Assembly: GCA_054600435.1 (NCBI GenBank)
Contig: BAAIJX010000024.1
Location: forward strand, 310,001 to 351,366
Direction of reading: 5' to 3'
DNA length: 41,366 nucleotides
Source of the DNA: Neophaeotheca triangularis
Lineage: Eukaryota
Every line of letters starts with the position of its first letter. The stretch's first letter is position 1. The notes beneath the pieces are model-generated. The model was not told the origin of the DNA and ran no database searches. It worked only from the letters and a program-made list of their open reading frames with translations. Below are positions 1-10,700 of the stretch, piece after piece. The position numbers and the translations under genes were made by a program.

Positions 1-143
1 GGTTGATTGGTTGATTGAGAGCTCTCCAATGGTAAAATATATATCGTTCCCTTTCCTATGCTCTATCACAATGATTGTTTCCAACATCTAAACATATTCC
101 TATCCGTCTCTTAGTCCCATTGATTCCCCTTCTGCCCCCAAAC

Positions 144-1091
144 ATGACAGACACCTCCAACCCGCCACGCCTCGCCTGGATAGGCCTAGGCAACATGGGT
201 CGCGGTATGGTCAAGAATCTCGCAACCAAAGGCAACTTCACCGCACCCCTGACAATCCACAACCGCACCACCTCGCGGGCCGAGGACCTCGCCTCCAGCC
301 TCCCATCTGGCCGCGCAGCAGTAGCCCAAAATATCCACGAAGCCGTACACAGCGCCGACATCATCTTCACATGCGTGGGCGACGATGCCGCAATCAAAGA
401 AACCCTCACTACCGCTCTCTCTACCCCTTCCGACGGAGCAAAGGGAAAACTTTTTGTTGACTGCAGCACCGTGCATCCGGAGACGACCGAAGCACTCTCC
501 ACTCAAGCCACAACCGCAGGCGCGCACTTCGTAGCCTGCCCAGTCTTCGGCGCGCCCGCCATGGCCGACGGGGGCCAACTCATTTGCGTGCTCGCGGGCC
601 CAGCAGCCCAAACAAGCCGAGTTAAACCCTTTTGCACCGGCGTCATGGGCCGGGCAGTCATAGATTTCAGCGACCAAAACCCGGGCACCGCTTCCAAACT
701 AAAAATCATCGGCAACACTTTTATTTTAAACATGATCGAAACGCTGTCAGAAGGCCACGTGCTAGCGGAGAAATCCGGTCTCGGAGTCGACAACCTCCAC
801 CAATTTATCGAACAGCTCTTTCCCGGCCCATATGTCGCTTATAGCAATCGTTTGCGTTCTGGCGATTATTATCAGCGCGAGGAGCCGCTTTTTGCCGTTG
901 ATTTGGCTAGGAAGGATGCGAGGCATGCTATGGGGTTGGCGCAGGATGCTGGGGTGAGGATGCGGGATGTCGAAGTTGCGGATCAACATTTGGCCATGGT
1001 TAGGGAGGAGATGGGTCAGAGGGGGGACATTGCGGGGATTTATGGGGCGGTGAGGAAGGAGAGTGGGTTGGAGTTTGGCAATCAGGGGTAA
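144..1091 (+). CDS. NAD(P)-dependent beta-hydroxyacid dehydrogenase (6-phosphogluconate / 3-hydroxyisobutyrate dehydrogenase family)
   Basis: First in-frame ATG at 144 (the ORF track starts at a TTG). Rossmann motif AWIGLGNMG, FVDCSTVHP, CPVFG and catalytic-Lys region KLKIIGN. Intronless. Confidence 0.9.
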   Translation: MTDTSNPPRLAWIGLGNMGRGMVKNLATKGNFTAPLTIHNRTTSRAEDLASSLPSGRAAVAQNIHEAVHSADIIFTCVGDDAAIKETLTTALSTPSDGAKGKLFVDCSTVHPETTEALSTQATTAGAHFVACPVFGAPAMADGGQLICVLAGPAAQTSRVKPFCTGVMGRAVIDFSDQNPGTASKLKIIGNTFILNMIETLSEGHVLAEKSGLGVDNLHQFIEQLFPGPYVAYSNRLRSGDYYQREEPLFAVDLARKDARHAMGLAQDAGVRMRDVEVADQHLAMVREEMGQRGDIAGIYGAVRKESGLEFGNQG

Positions 1092-2920
1092 GGCAGGGTG
1101 CGTTTTGACGACAATGGCGTCACGTAGTCATGAGAGAACGTGCTTGGAATCGTGGTTGGAATAAAAGACCACCTCGTTCTAGGGCTCGGGTTAGAGAAGA
1201 CCATCCCTCTTGCTCAGATTGAAACAAATCCAGCTCCCGAGAATCCCCCTATGTAAATCAAGCACAACCACCAAGCGACCTCCACTAATCTAGCTTCCAA
1301 AGTCCTCGGCAACCAGTTGTACTCGCCGTGCCACCCATATAAACCACATCTCCCAAAAAGCCCAAAACCTGCTTACAGACTCCAACCAAGACCCGCACAA
1401 ACCCTTGCACATGTTAAAGCAAAGGCGACACACTCACGAGGCATCGGCCGACAGCATCCCTCCCACAGCTAAGCCAGCCACCATGCCAACCAATCCCCCT
1501 TCCGGCATCTCCATCCCACCAGACCACCAGCCAACCTTTCACGCACCCAAAAAATCGCCTCTCACGTTCGTTTACTTTCTCCCCCGCTCTCTCTCTAGGG
1601 TCGATCACCACATGAAAACCAGCCCTGTACTAACAACAACAGCCTCCAAGCATACACCCATCTTGGAGCTAGACATATACCCGGCCAAAGACTCTTCCCC
1701 TGCGAGCAAGGTGGCCCCGCTGCTCTCTCTCGGCTACTAAAGCAACGCAACCTATTCCGTGACCACGCCTAGATAAGTAACAAAGAGCGGCAGATGGCAA
1801 CTCGAGGGAAAACAGGCTTTGGACGAAGGGGAGTTTGGGAATTCCGCTCTAGCGAAGGCGCAGGAGGGAGCGCGGAGCGCCAAGGGTGAAAGGGAGCCTA
1901 TACCACTTCGGAAGCGGGAGGACGAAACAGAAAGACAGGCCGGGACGGCACTGTGGCTCGTCTCTTCTCTTTTCTTTTCTTCTTTTCCCCATCCTCCACC
2001 TCCTCCTCGCTTTCTCCTTCTCGCTTTCTCCCCTGCCCGGCGCTTTGTCGCGGTGAGAGAGAGCACAAGGGCGATTGCTAAGTGTTGAAAGTGCCTTTGT
2101 GTCAACCCCGTCGCTTGAAGAACCCCACTAGCTAGCGCTGGACGAACGAGTAAAGCGGACTGAGGAGCTGGCGCTGGAACCGCGAACGCGACTCCCGCGA
2201 AGCCTAGGACTGGCGTTGGGGAAGCGTGGAAGCGGAAGCGCGCATGACGTGTCCTTGCTACCGAGATTGCGGTTAACCGTACCGAACGCGTGACTGGGGG
2301 GTTGGGGGCAATGGGATGGCACACGTGGGCTGTGCGGGACGGAAGGCGGCGGAAAGGGGGGGAGAATGGAACGTCTATCTTGATGCGTCGGTAACGTGGG
2401 ATTCGGACGTTTTGCCTGGTGTCTTGTACGACTGGGGAGGAAGGGAGGTGTGGTCGGCTGTGCTGTTAGCGTAAAGCGGCAGGGGGGAAAGGGGTCTGGT
2501 CAGCCTAGGTATGGAACCGATGAGTGGGGTTGGAGGTTTGGAGCGGTTTTCTCCTGGATAGCGTTGGCAGCTTGGCGTCCGGCGAGGAGGCTTGATGTCT
2601 TGCTTGTATTAGGGAAGGAGGGAGGAAAGGACAGGCGACGTGCGTATGGTGGTAAGCGATGCATCGCTCCGGCGCGAAAGAGAAAATCAGTCGAGCCGTG
2701 CTCGTAAGTAAGCAGAGATGTACTCACGGCCATGCAAGCGGAAAATTTGGACTTGAGTCGGTCAAAGGGAAGGGAACGGGACATTAATGGGGAGAAAGGA
2801 GAAGAAGTAAAAAGCTGGCTTCAAACCGGCCATCTCATACAGTTAAAAAAGGAGCTCCGCACTCGCACCTCGGAGCGCAGTCTACATTTCCTCCTCTCTC
2901 TCCCATCCAACAGCCAAGAC

Positions 2921-2955
2921 ACACTCACTCACTCGCTCACTCACTCACTCACTCA
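2921..2955. repeat. (TCAC)n microsatellite overlapping the LTA4H stop codon
   Basis: acactcactcactcgctcactcactcactcactca. Confidence 0.8.
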
Positions 2956-4870
2956 GCGCCTTCCCCTCATCAAAATCCCTAACCATTCGCTCAATCATAC
3001 CCCAGCAAATCGGATGGTAGAACTCCTTATTAGCCTCAACAGTCCACTTAGCAAGCCAGGGATCCCTCTTCAGCAACTCCCTCAACAACGGCCGCACAAA
3101 CTTCATCCTCCCCACTCGGCCCAACAACTCGGCCGTGGGCTTGTAGACGGCTTCCGCGCCCGCTTTGAGACCCAGAACGTAGTACCGCGACAGGAGTTCG
3201 ATGTTCGCGGTTGTTGTGAAAGCGTAGGTTTCGCCGAGAGTGGTGACGAGGGAGGGTTTGAGGAGCGGAGTGCTCGTTTGTAGGGTTTCGAGGAAGACGA
3301 CGGATTGGGACGAGGTCCAGGAGGTGATGTCGGAGGGGGACGGGGTGAAGGAGGTGTCAGCGCCGGATGAGAGGAGAGTCCATTTCTCGGCGAGGGCATA
3401 GCATTCGTCTACGAGGCTTGTGTCGAAGGTCGGTTTGGGCGGGAGGCCGGGGGAGTAGAACCAGCCGTCCCAATCGAGGGATGTGAGTTTGGAGGAGGCG
3501 TCTTGGTCGGTGGAGAAGAAGTCGAGGAGGGTGGCTTTGAATTCGTACGAGTCGACGGAGCGGCGGGAGTAGGTGCGGAAGTAATGGGGGATGAAGGCGT
3601 CCCATTTCTCGAGACCGACGAGTTTTTCGAGGTGTAGGAGGAAGGTGAAGCCCTTTTCGTAGGGGATCGAGGAGAAGGCGTCGTCGGGGTCTTGGCCTTT
3701 GAGGTTGGGGATAAGTTTGGTGAATTCGTGCGTTCCGCCGAATTGGTTGATGCTGTCTGTTAGGGCTTTCCAGCCGATGATGGCGCTGAAGTCGCGGTGT
3801 TGGAAGCCACCGTGGATGGAGGCTTGGAGACGTCGTTCTAGGTAGGTTGTCCAGCCTTCGTTGAGCCAGAAGTGTTCCCAGCTAGCGTTGCTGACAAGGT
3901 TGCCGCTCCAGGAATGGGAGAGCTCGTGGGCGATTACGTCGACGTTTTGGCGATCACCAGAGACAACTGTGGGTGTTGCAAAGGTGAAGATGGGATTTTC
4001 CATGCCGCCGTAGGGGAAGGAGGGGGGTAAGACGAGGATGTTGTACTGGGTCCATGCGTAGGGAGAGACGATGGATTCAGCGGTTTGGATGTACTTTTCG
4101 GTGTCGGCGGCGAATTCCCATTGGCAAGCTGTAAGTTCTTCCGGTCCCGTCCAGACGCTGGAACGGGGACCAATGCTGGCAGACGCCAAGTCGCCGGATG
4201 CCAAAGCGAAGAGGTAGGAGGCCATTGGGATGGGCTGGTTGAACGTATACAGCAGAGTGCCCGGCTTGCCTTCCCGGCCATGCTTGAAATCTTTAGCACC
4301 TGTGGGTAGACCAGACGCGAGAACCGGGAGCGAGGAACGGATGTTGAAGGTGTATGTAGACTTGACGTCTGGGGTGTCCTGGCAAGGGAAGAGGGATCGA
4401 GCGTGGATGGCCTGGCATTGGGAGAACATATAAGGGTGCTTCTTGTTGCTCGTCTGGGCAGGTGTCATCCACTGCAGAGCGGTGCAGTCCTTGGTCGTCT
4501 TGACGGAAATGTTGACATGCAGCAGTTGGCCTTGGTGCCTGTCGGATACCTCAATCCTCAAGGGCGAGCCATAGGGGCCGTGACGCTGAGAGGCAAGCTC
4601 GAATTTTGCCTCTTCGCCTTGCACCCTGACGCTTGATATGTCGAGGTAGCTGGTGTCGAGGGTGATGCTGGACTCGGATCGGGCCAGTCTCTCCAACGAG
4701 AGGGTGACATCGCCTTTCAAGTGTTTTGCGTCAAAGTCTATCTCAAAGTTGGCCGTGGTATGTTTTGTACGCCAGGCATTGTAGTTGGACAGCGTGTTGG
4801 GGTCTCGCGGTTGATGGATCGAGGCAGCCGCCTTTTGCACGTCGGCGTCTGACATGGGCCTCATGACCAT
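2945..4870 (-). CDS. LTA4H: Leukotriene A4 hydrolase / M1 zinc aminopeptidase
   Basis: PRDPNTLSNY N-terminus, GGMEN, HELSH...NEG zinc motif (HEXXH-x18-E), VGRMKFVRP C-terminus. Start uncertain: ATGs at 4990, 4870, 4864 and 4855 are all in frame. Confidence 0.95.
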   Translation of the reverse strand: MVMRPMSDADVQKAAASIHQPRDPNTLSNYNAWRTKHTTANFEIDFDAKHLKGDVTLSLERLARSESSITLDTSYLDISSVRVQGEEAKFELASQRHGPYGSPLRIEVSDRHQGQLLHVNISVKTTKDCTALQWMTPAQTSNKKHPYMFSQCQAIHARSLFPCQDTPDVKSTYTFNIRSSLPVLASGLPTGAKDFKHGREGKPGTLLYTFNQPIPMASYLFALASGDLASASIGPRSSVWTGPEELTACQWEFAADTEKYIQTAESIVSPYAWTQYNILVLPPSFPYGGMENPIFTFATPTVVSGDRQNVDVIAHELSHSWSGNLVSNASWEHFWLNEGWTTYLERRLQASIHGGFQHRDFSAIIGWKALTDSINQFGGTHEFTKLIPNLKGQDPDDAFSSIPYEKGFTFLLHLEKLVGLEKWDAFIPHYFRTYSRRSVDSYEFKATLLDFFSTDQDASSKLTSLDWDGWFYSPGLPPKPTFDTSLVDECYALAEKWTLLSSGADTSFTPSPSDITSWTSSQSVVFLETLQTSTPLLKPSLVTTLGETYAFTTTANIELLSRYYVLGLKAGAEAVYKPTAELLGRVGRMKFVRPLLRELLKRDPWLAKWTVEANKEFYHPICWGMIERMVRDFDEGKALSE

Positions 4871-5151
4871 TCTTGTTGTTGACGTGCTTGTTGTACTGAA
4901 GGATTTGAATACTTTCTGGACGTCTACGGTGAGAGATTTGGGTGACAATCTTAATCTTCTGTGGAAGGGGATGAGGAAGAAGAAGGTCATGAATGGAAAC
5001 AAACGGTTGTGATGTGTCACGTGTCGTCGTGTTGAATGTGACCTCAGATGGAAAGGGATGAGGGGGAGGCAAAACAGCTCCCGAATTCAATAATATCAAC
5101 TGAGAGCTGTACTAACTAACGTTAAGGTACCTAACCTTACTAACGCCAGAG

Positions 5152-5180
5152 TATTCAATATTCAATATTCAATATTCAAT
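5152..5180. repeat. (ATTCAAT)x4 tandem repeat in the divergent promoter
   Basis: tattcaatattcaatattcaatattcaat. Confidence 0.85.
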
Positions 5181-5474
5181 CTTCCACACGTGTACAGTAC
5201 ATGCTCAATACTCCCAAACCATTAACATAGGAGGCTGACAGGTAGTCTCGAATGCTTAATGTCTGTATCTGTATCTGTATTGGGGTGTATAACAAAGAAC
5301 AGTATGTATTATTCATCATCACGCTCCAGTCACGTGTTTTTGTGTTATTCTCGAAACCCGTGGCCCGTGCGCTTTCAGACGCGTCGAATCCGTCATGCAT
5401 CGCACGCTGCTGTCGCTTTCCATACTTCTACCACACCGACAACATTGCTTACCCCAACACCAACCACCGTCTAC

Positions 5475-7529
5475 ATGGCGAGACCACGCAACGCATCGGG
5501 CACGCAGGCCGTCGCGCCGCCACCAAACACACGCAGCACTCGCGCCGCATTGAAGGAAAAGACCAACACGACGCGCCACGCACCAACCTACGAAAATGAC
5601 GGAGACACCGAAGCTCTTGTCAAAGAGGCCAAGCCACGAAGAGGGAGACCCAAGAAAGCATCACCGACAGGAGAGGCATACACCATGAGAGGCGGGCTTG
5701 GATCTAGCGACGCGCCCGCGACCGAGAACCCGGCGCAAACTGACGCAGCCATGAGTACGGATCCGCTGGCACGTGTGACCAGCGATGTCGCACCCAGCAC
5801 TGATCCATTGGCCAAAAGTGATGAGGCGGAAGCGCCGCAGCCGAAAGGACGAGGTCGTCCGGCGCGAACGAAACGGAAGATTGCACAGAGTGAAGCCCAG
5901 ACGAAGATGTTTGCGGGTATGCGCCAGCGTATGGAGGCGACTGCAAAGGGCGAAACCGCGCGTCAGAACGAGTCTGCGGCTGCTGTACCGCCCGACCAAC
6001 CTACGACCGATACACCGCGCGCTGCAACCAAAAAAGCGTCCGGAGTTCCTGCTGCCTCGACCAACGAACGCTCCGACTTGTCACTATCACCTTCTCCCCC
6101 TCGCGCTGGTAAATTGAGTACTGTCAAAGGTCATCCATCAATGGCTCCGGGCTCCACTCTGCGAGTACAGGGAACTCCTGCGATCGATACTAGCATTCTG
6201 AAGAATTTTAAGCGCAGACCGCGGCAGCAGAGTATGCTACAGATGGTGAAGCAGAGAACCTCACTCGCCCACCAGCAGTCTCAAATGCTCAATGACGAGA
6301 GCGTGTACGATTTGGAGGATCTGGATGATGATGTCGAAGATGAGTTTGCACCAGAGGCGGAGGGTACGCCGTTGCGTGCGAACAAAACCAGACGTCAGTC
6401 GAGTGCTGCAAAGAAGACGGCTCCCAAGTCGGCGCAAAAATCTACGCCCCTGACCGAAAAGATCTCGAAGAAACGCAAGTCTGACGATGTTACAAGCTCT
6501 ACCAGCGCTCTGGACGCTCTGCATGCGAAGCGGAGAAAGTCTGCAGCGCCTGTTGAGGAAGACGTTGTCGTGGAAGACAGCCAGAAAAACAAGCTCGCTA
6601 AACACCCACCTGAACCAGTGAGGGAATCTCCTCCAAAGCTTGCTTCTGGAGTTCAAGTCATCGGCTCCTCTCCGATACCATCTTCTCCGCTCACCGAAGC
6701 CTCCCCGGCGCGTGAGGCTCAACACGTTGACGACGGCGACGCTGTAGTCCCATCCACCGAAGAGCAGCAGGCAGAAACACACAATGACCTGCCCCAGGAT
6801 CTCGACCCCGGCATACCTGACGACGACCAACATATGGACCCCTTGAACAGCACAATGGCAGACCCAGCAAGCAGCAGCCCGCCCCCTGAAGCAGCCCGCC
6901 CACTCGCAACCCAACGCACAGACATTTTCGCAGACCCAATAACCCAACGCACGCCCTCACCACGACGAGAAACCCGCAAGAAAAAAGCCTCGCCCAAACC
7001 CCTCACAACAGCTAAACTCCAAGCCCTCCTGCCCAAACGCCGAGCAAAGCGACAACCCGCTCGCTGGCGGACCGAATTCGACCTCCCGTCTGGCTCGGAA
7101 GATGAAAACGAAGAGCCCTCGGACAGCGAGAGGGAAACCCGCACTCGAAGGAAGACGAAAACAAAAGTTAGCGCGGGCAAAACCAGCAAGGCTGCCTCCA
7201 AGACCAAGCCGAAAACGCGCACAGCCCAAAACATCTCATCCCGCAAAACCACCGCGCCCCAAAAGAGCCCAGCCGCGACAACAAAGCCCAAACGCACCTA
7301 CGGCCGGAAAGACCAGGATAAAGAGAACTCGCACCCAGCTGCTTCGGACGACGAGGAAGAAGGTGAAGCTTCCGTCTTGCCGGACACGACGATGAGTTCA
7401 CTTGAAGTCTCGAAGAGTGCCGAGCTGGAGGCTGCGAGGCGAAAGTTTGCCGAGATTGATCAGTGGGATATGGAGTTTGAGAGTTTGGGGGGTGAAGAGC
7501 ATCGGAGTAGTAGTCAGGGGTGGAGGTGA
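5475..7529 (+). CDS. Low-complexity nuclear protein with AT-hook-like motifs; probable Sororin-like cohesin regulator
   Basis: Long intronless ORF, likely start MARPR at 5475. RRGRPK and GRGRP AT-hook-like motifs, RTYGRK followed by a KEN box, and a C-terminal KFAEIDQWDMEFE resembling the Sororin C-terminal motif. Coding status is firm; the function is inferred. Confidence 0.7.
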   Translation: MARPRNASGTQAVAPPPNTRSTRAALKEKTNTTRHAPTYENDGDTEALVKEAKPRRGRPKKASPTGEAYTMRGGLGSSDAPATENPAQTDAAMSTDPLARVTSDVAPSTDPLAKSDEAEAPQPKGRGRPARTKRKIAQSEAQTKMFAGMRQRMEATAKGETARQNESAAAVPPDQPTTDTPRAATKKASGVPAASTNERSDLSLSPSPPRAGKLSTVKGHPSMAPGSTLRVQGTPAIDTSILKNFKRRPRQQSMLQMVKQRTSLAHQQSQMLNDESVYDLEDLDDDVEDEFAPEAEGTPLRANKTRRQSSAAKKTAPKSAQKSTPLTEKISKKRKSDDVTSSTSALDALHAKRRKSAAPVEEDVVVEDSQKNKLAKHPPEPVRESPPKLASGVQVIGSSPIPSSPLTEASPAREAQHVDDGDAVVPSTEEQQAETHNDLPQDLDPGIPDDDQHMDPLNSTMADPASSSPPPEAARPLATQRTDIFADPITQRTPSPRRETRKKKASPKPLTTAKLQALLPKRRAKRQPARWRTEFDLPSGSEDENEEPSDSERETRTRRKTKTKVSAGKTSKAASKTKPKTRTAQNISSRKTTAPQKSPAATTKPKRTYGRKDQDKENSHPAASDDEEEGEASVLPDTTMSSLEVSKSAELEAARRKFAEIDQWDMEFESLGGEEHRSSSQGWR

Positions 7530-7878
7530 GGAAAGCTCAAGTCTTGGGGTCAGAGAGGGTAGGCGTCGATGTTGGTGGGTTTGATCCTGTCGGGCCAGAG
7601 ATTATGGCAGATGAAGAGATATCTCGAGGTGCAAGTGGCTCTTTCGTAGTCCTGCGAGGAATTTGATGGGGTCTGGGATGATACCTACGGCGCGACTTCA
7701 TAATGAGTTACGGCATGTCTTGTTCTATGCGTATGCAATCCATTCTAGCCATTCCCAATAATCTTCTATAACATCATATATCCGTCAATCCCGGGTATCA
7801 TCACCGCCAAAGCCCCTCACGTCCCTCAATGCTCGCCCCAGCTCCGATCGAACGCTCCCTCAGTCACTTCCAATCATT

Positions 7879-8622
7879 CTAATCACTAGGCCGATACTTC
7901 CTCCCATACTCCTCCATCCCCCTAACCTCATCACTCTCCCCCCTCCCCATCTCCCTCAACCCACTCACCATTTCCCCAAGCGTCAAAATGCTCAAAACCG
8001 GCACCCCCGTCACCCTCCTAACCTCTCCAATCGCGCTCCCCCTCTCCCCCTCCCCAGGCTCCTCCCCAAACCTCCCCTCCTTCTCCGCAGCACTCGGCAT
8101 CCTCTCCTCGCGATCCACAGCAACCACAATCCCCACCAACTTCCCCCCAGCCCCCTCAATAACCCCAATAGCCTCCCGTATAGCCGTGCCAGCCGTAATC
8201 ACATCATCGACAATCACGACCCTCTTGCCCCTCAAATCCTGCCCGATCAAACTGCCCCCCTCGCCATGCGTCTTGGCCTCTTTGCGGTTGAAAGCAAACC
8301 CCACGCTCCCATACTTCTCCCCGTCCACTCCCGCCAGTGCCTGCGCCGTGCAGCTCGCCAGCGGGATCCCCTTGTACGCCGGCCCGAAGAGCACGTCGAA
8401 GCCCCATGTCGGGTCCGCGAGGGTGTGGGCGTGCAGGGTTTGGGCGTACGCGGCTGCGAGGGACGAGATGAGTTTGGATGTGCTGAAGAGGCCTGCGTTG
8501 AAGAAGTAGGGCGATTGTCGGCCGGATTTTAGTGTGAAGGTGCCGAAGGTTAGGATGGAGTTCTCGAGCGCCAGGCCGAGGAGGGCGGTTTTGTAGGCGG
8601 GGGGTTGGGGTTGTTGGGACAT
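7879..8622 (-). CDS. URA5: Orotate phosphoribosyltransferase
   Basis: FGTFTLKSGRQSPYFFNAG, LFGPAYKGIPL, NRKEAKTHGEGG and the PRPP-binding motif VVIVDDVITAGT. ATG at 8622. Confidence 0.97.
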   Translation of the reverse strand: MSQQPQPPAYKTALLGLALENSILTFGTFTLKSGRQSPYFFNAGLFSTSKLISSLAAAYAQTLHAHTLADPTWGFDVLFGPAYKGIPLASCTAQALAGVDGEKYGSVGFAFNRKEAKTHGEGGSLIGQDLRGKRVVIVDDVITAGTAIREAIGVIEGAGGKLVGIVVAVDREERMPSAAEKEGRFGEEPGEGERGSAIGEVRRVTGVPVLSILTLGEMVSGLREMGRGESDEVRGMEEYGRKYRPSD

Positions 8623-9178
8623 ATTTTTTGGGGGGGGGTGGTTTTGGCTTTGGTTTTGGTTTTGTCTTGCGGGCAAGTGAGGGTTGGAAGAGGGGTGGGT
8701 GGTCTGATGTGCCCAGCCGTAGCTTTGAAAAGATTTGGAGGGGGTTTGATGTCGTATCTTATCGGAGAAGCCCGCCCCGCTTTCTGAGTGAGTGAGCGGT
8801 GGCTTCGACTGGGATTTGATTGACAATGATGGGGTTTATTAATCAAATTGATGGTGAGATTAATGAGAATAAGGTGATGAGCCCGCGTTTGTTTACCCCG
8901 CTTCTGATGCGCGACCTCACCTCCTTCCAAGCATCGCATCTTCCCCTCTTGCCGCAAGCAGGATGGATCTGCCATGATACAGTAGGTACTAGTAGTTAAC
9001 GTTGACACTCTCTCTCCTTTCAACTTCATCAAATACAAGCGTAAGGTGGTCTCTTCCATTAAGTTACCCATCAATCGGTCGATAATCGACATCACCTCTC
9101 ACATTACTTACTTCTCCAATAAAACCTCTCTCATTGCTTTTCTTCTTTCTGCCGTCTCATCAGAACACCAGCCCAGCC

Positions 9179-9989
9179 ATGGCATCTAGGCTTTCATCTC
9201 TTCTGGTGCTGGCGCTTGCCGTTGTAAGCAAAGTGGTTGCCATTGAAGACGCCGACGACCTCTCTCATGACGCCTGGAACGACAGAGTCCAAGAGCCTTT
9301 CGTTCAGCCAGGCGAAAAGAGCGAGAAAGGCGTCGGGAAGTCCTCCACTTCCCTCGAGCCTGTCTTAGGGTCCGAATGGAGGCGGTGGTGGCGTCGGGCA
9401 TGCGAAGAATATAACTTTTCAGAATTTCAAGTTGCAGGATGTCAGAGTTGCTTGGGCGATTACGCAGTGTACGAGCTACAATGGGGTGAGTGGGGGTTGT
9501 GATAGTGAGTTTCCCTCTTTTTCTCTTGCTCTCTCTCTCTTGGCCCCGGCCTACATCCTCTTGAACCTCCTCTTTTGCCTTTTCCGAGCAGTAAAAACAT
9601 CATCCCGCTCTATCCCCCAAAAACTCGAAGCGCTTGCCATCCCCCTCACCCTCATCCCTAACGCCCCAACCCTTTTCCCCTGCTCTCCCCGACGCACCCA
9701 ATCGAAACCCCAAACGTACCGCAATCCACCCCTTGCCACTAACCAAAACCCTCCCCCTTTAGCCTCCCTCTTCAAAATCTCCAACCTCAAGTGGGGAAAC
9801 ACCACAGGCACGACCAAGCAGAACGTCGCTTCCCTACAATGCAGCGGCAACGCGCCGTGCGAGGATTTGGTTTTTGAGAATAACCACCTCACCCTCTCTG
9901 GCTCCAACGGGAGGGACAAGGCTGAGGGGTATAAGTGTAATAATGTTGTTGAGCCGAGGGGGTTTGAGTGTAATGGGAGGGCGAGGTAG
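9179..9989 (+). pseudogene. Internally deleted GH28 glycoside hydrolase (RgxB / exo-polygalacturonase-like)
   Basis: Signal peptide from ATG 9179 is joined out of frame at ~9370 to a GH28 C-terminus: PNGGGGGVGHAKNITFQNF..AITQCTSY..CD, intron 9505-9762, then TSLFKISNLKWGNTTGT..VASLQCS..PC. The catalytic NTDG/DD/HG/RIK region is absent. Confidence 0.75.
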
Positions 9990-10596
9990 GGGGTTGGCTT
10001 GGGATTGTAGTTGGGGGGTGGCTGGGGCGCGTGGACTTTAGGAGGGGGAATGGGTTAGGGGAAAAGAGCGGAGAACGCGTGAGATGATAGTGATGGCGAT
10101 GTGGTGAAGGACGATGAACCGGTCTTAATCCGTAGGTAGGTATTATGACTTAGTATTTTGCGACTCGCCCTTTTTATCTTTCACATCTACGGCGTATACG
10201 GTGAGTAGCACGTAAGCCCACGGTAGCACGTAGCGGTAGGTAGTAGGAGCCTATAGTAGAGGGAGGACTAGGGGGTGTAGTAGGAGTAAGTTAGTGATAA
10301 TTAGCTACCCTCGACTCTAGTAAAACCAAAACCCCTCGAACCGCTCGCTATTCGGTGATACTTCGGACTCTTTCTCCGTCTTCCCCGCGCGTGGCTGAAT
10401 AGGTAGGGCTGCTTGACTTTATGCTACAAATGCAAAATTCAAAATGCAAATGTAAACGTTTGTTTTAGATCTACATTGTCAAGACTCGATTTAGTTAGTT
10501 AGAGGGGTTTGGTCTTTAACCAGCCGGTTTGCTCGATACCTATAGGTATTAGTGGGTTGGATTGGAGAGTGAGGTGGGTGCTTGTTGCTTTTTATT

Positions 10597-10700
10597 GTAC
10601 TACTGTACTAATATACTACTACGCTAATATACTACTGTACTACTATACTACTATACTACTATACTACTATACTACTACACTACTACACTACTACGCTAAT
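10597..10700. repeat. Degenerate TACTACTA-type simple repeat
   Basis: tactactatactactatactactatactactatactactacactactacactactac. Confidence 0.8.

Noticed and set aside
1092..2944. Telomerase RNA, RNase P/MRP, SRP or spliceosomal snRNA in the long convergent gap
   Set aside because: No TAACCCTAA-type template on either strand, and no CR-I/CR-V, SRP or U-snRNA signature found by eye.
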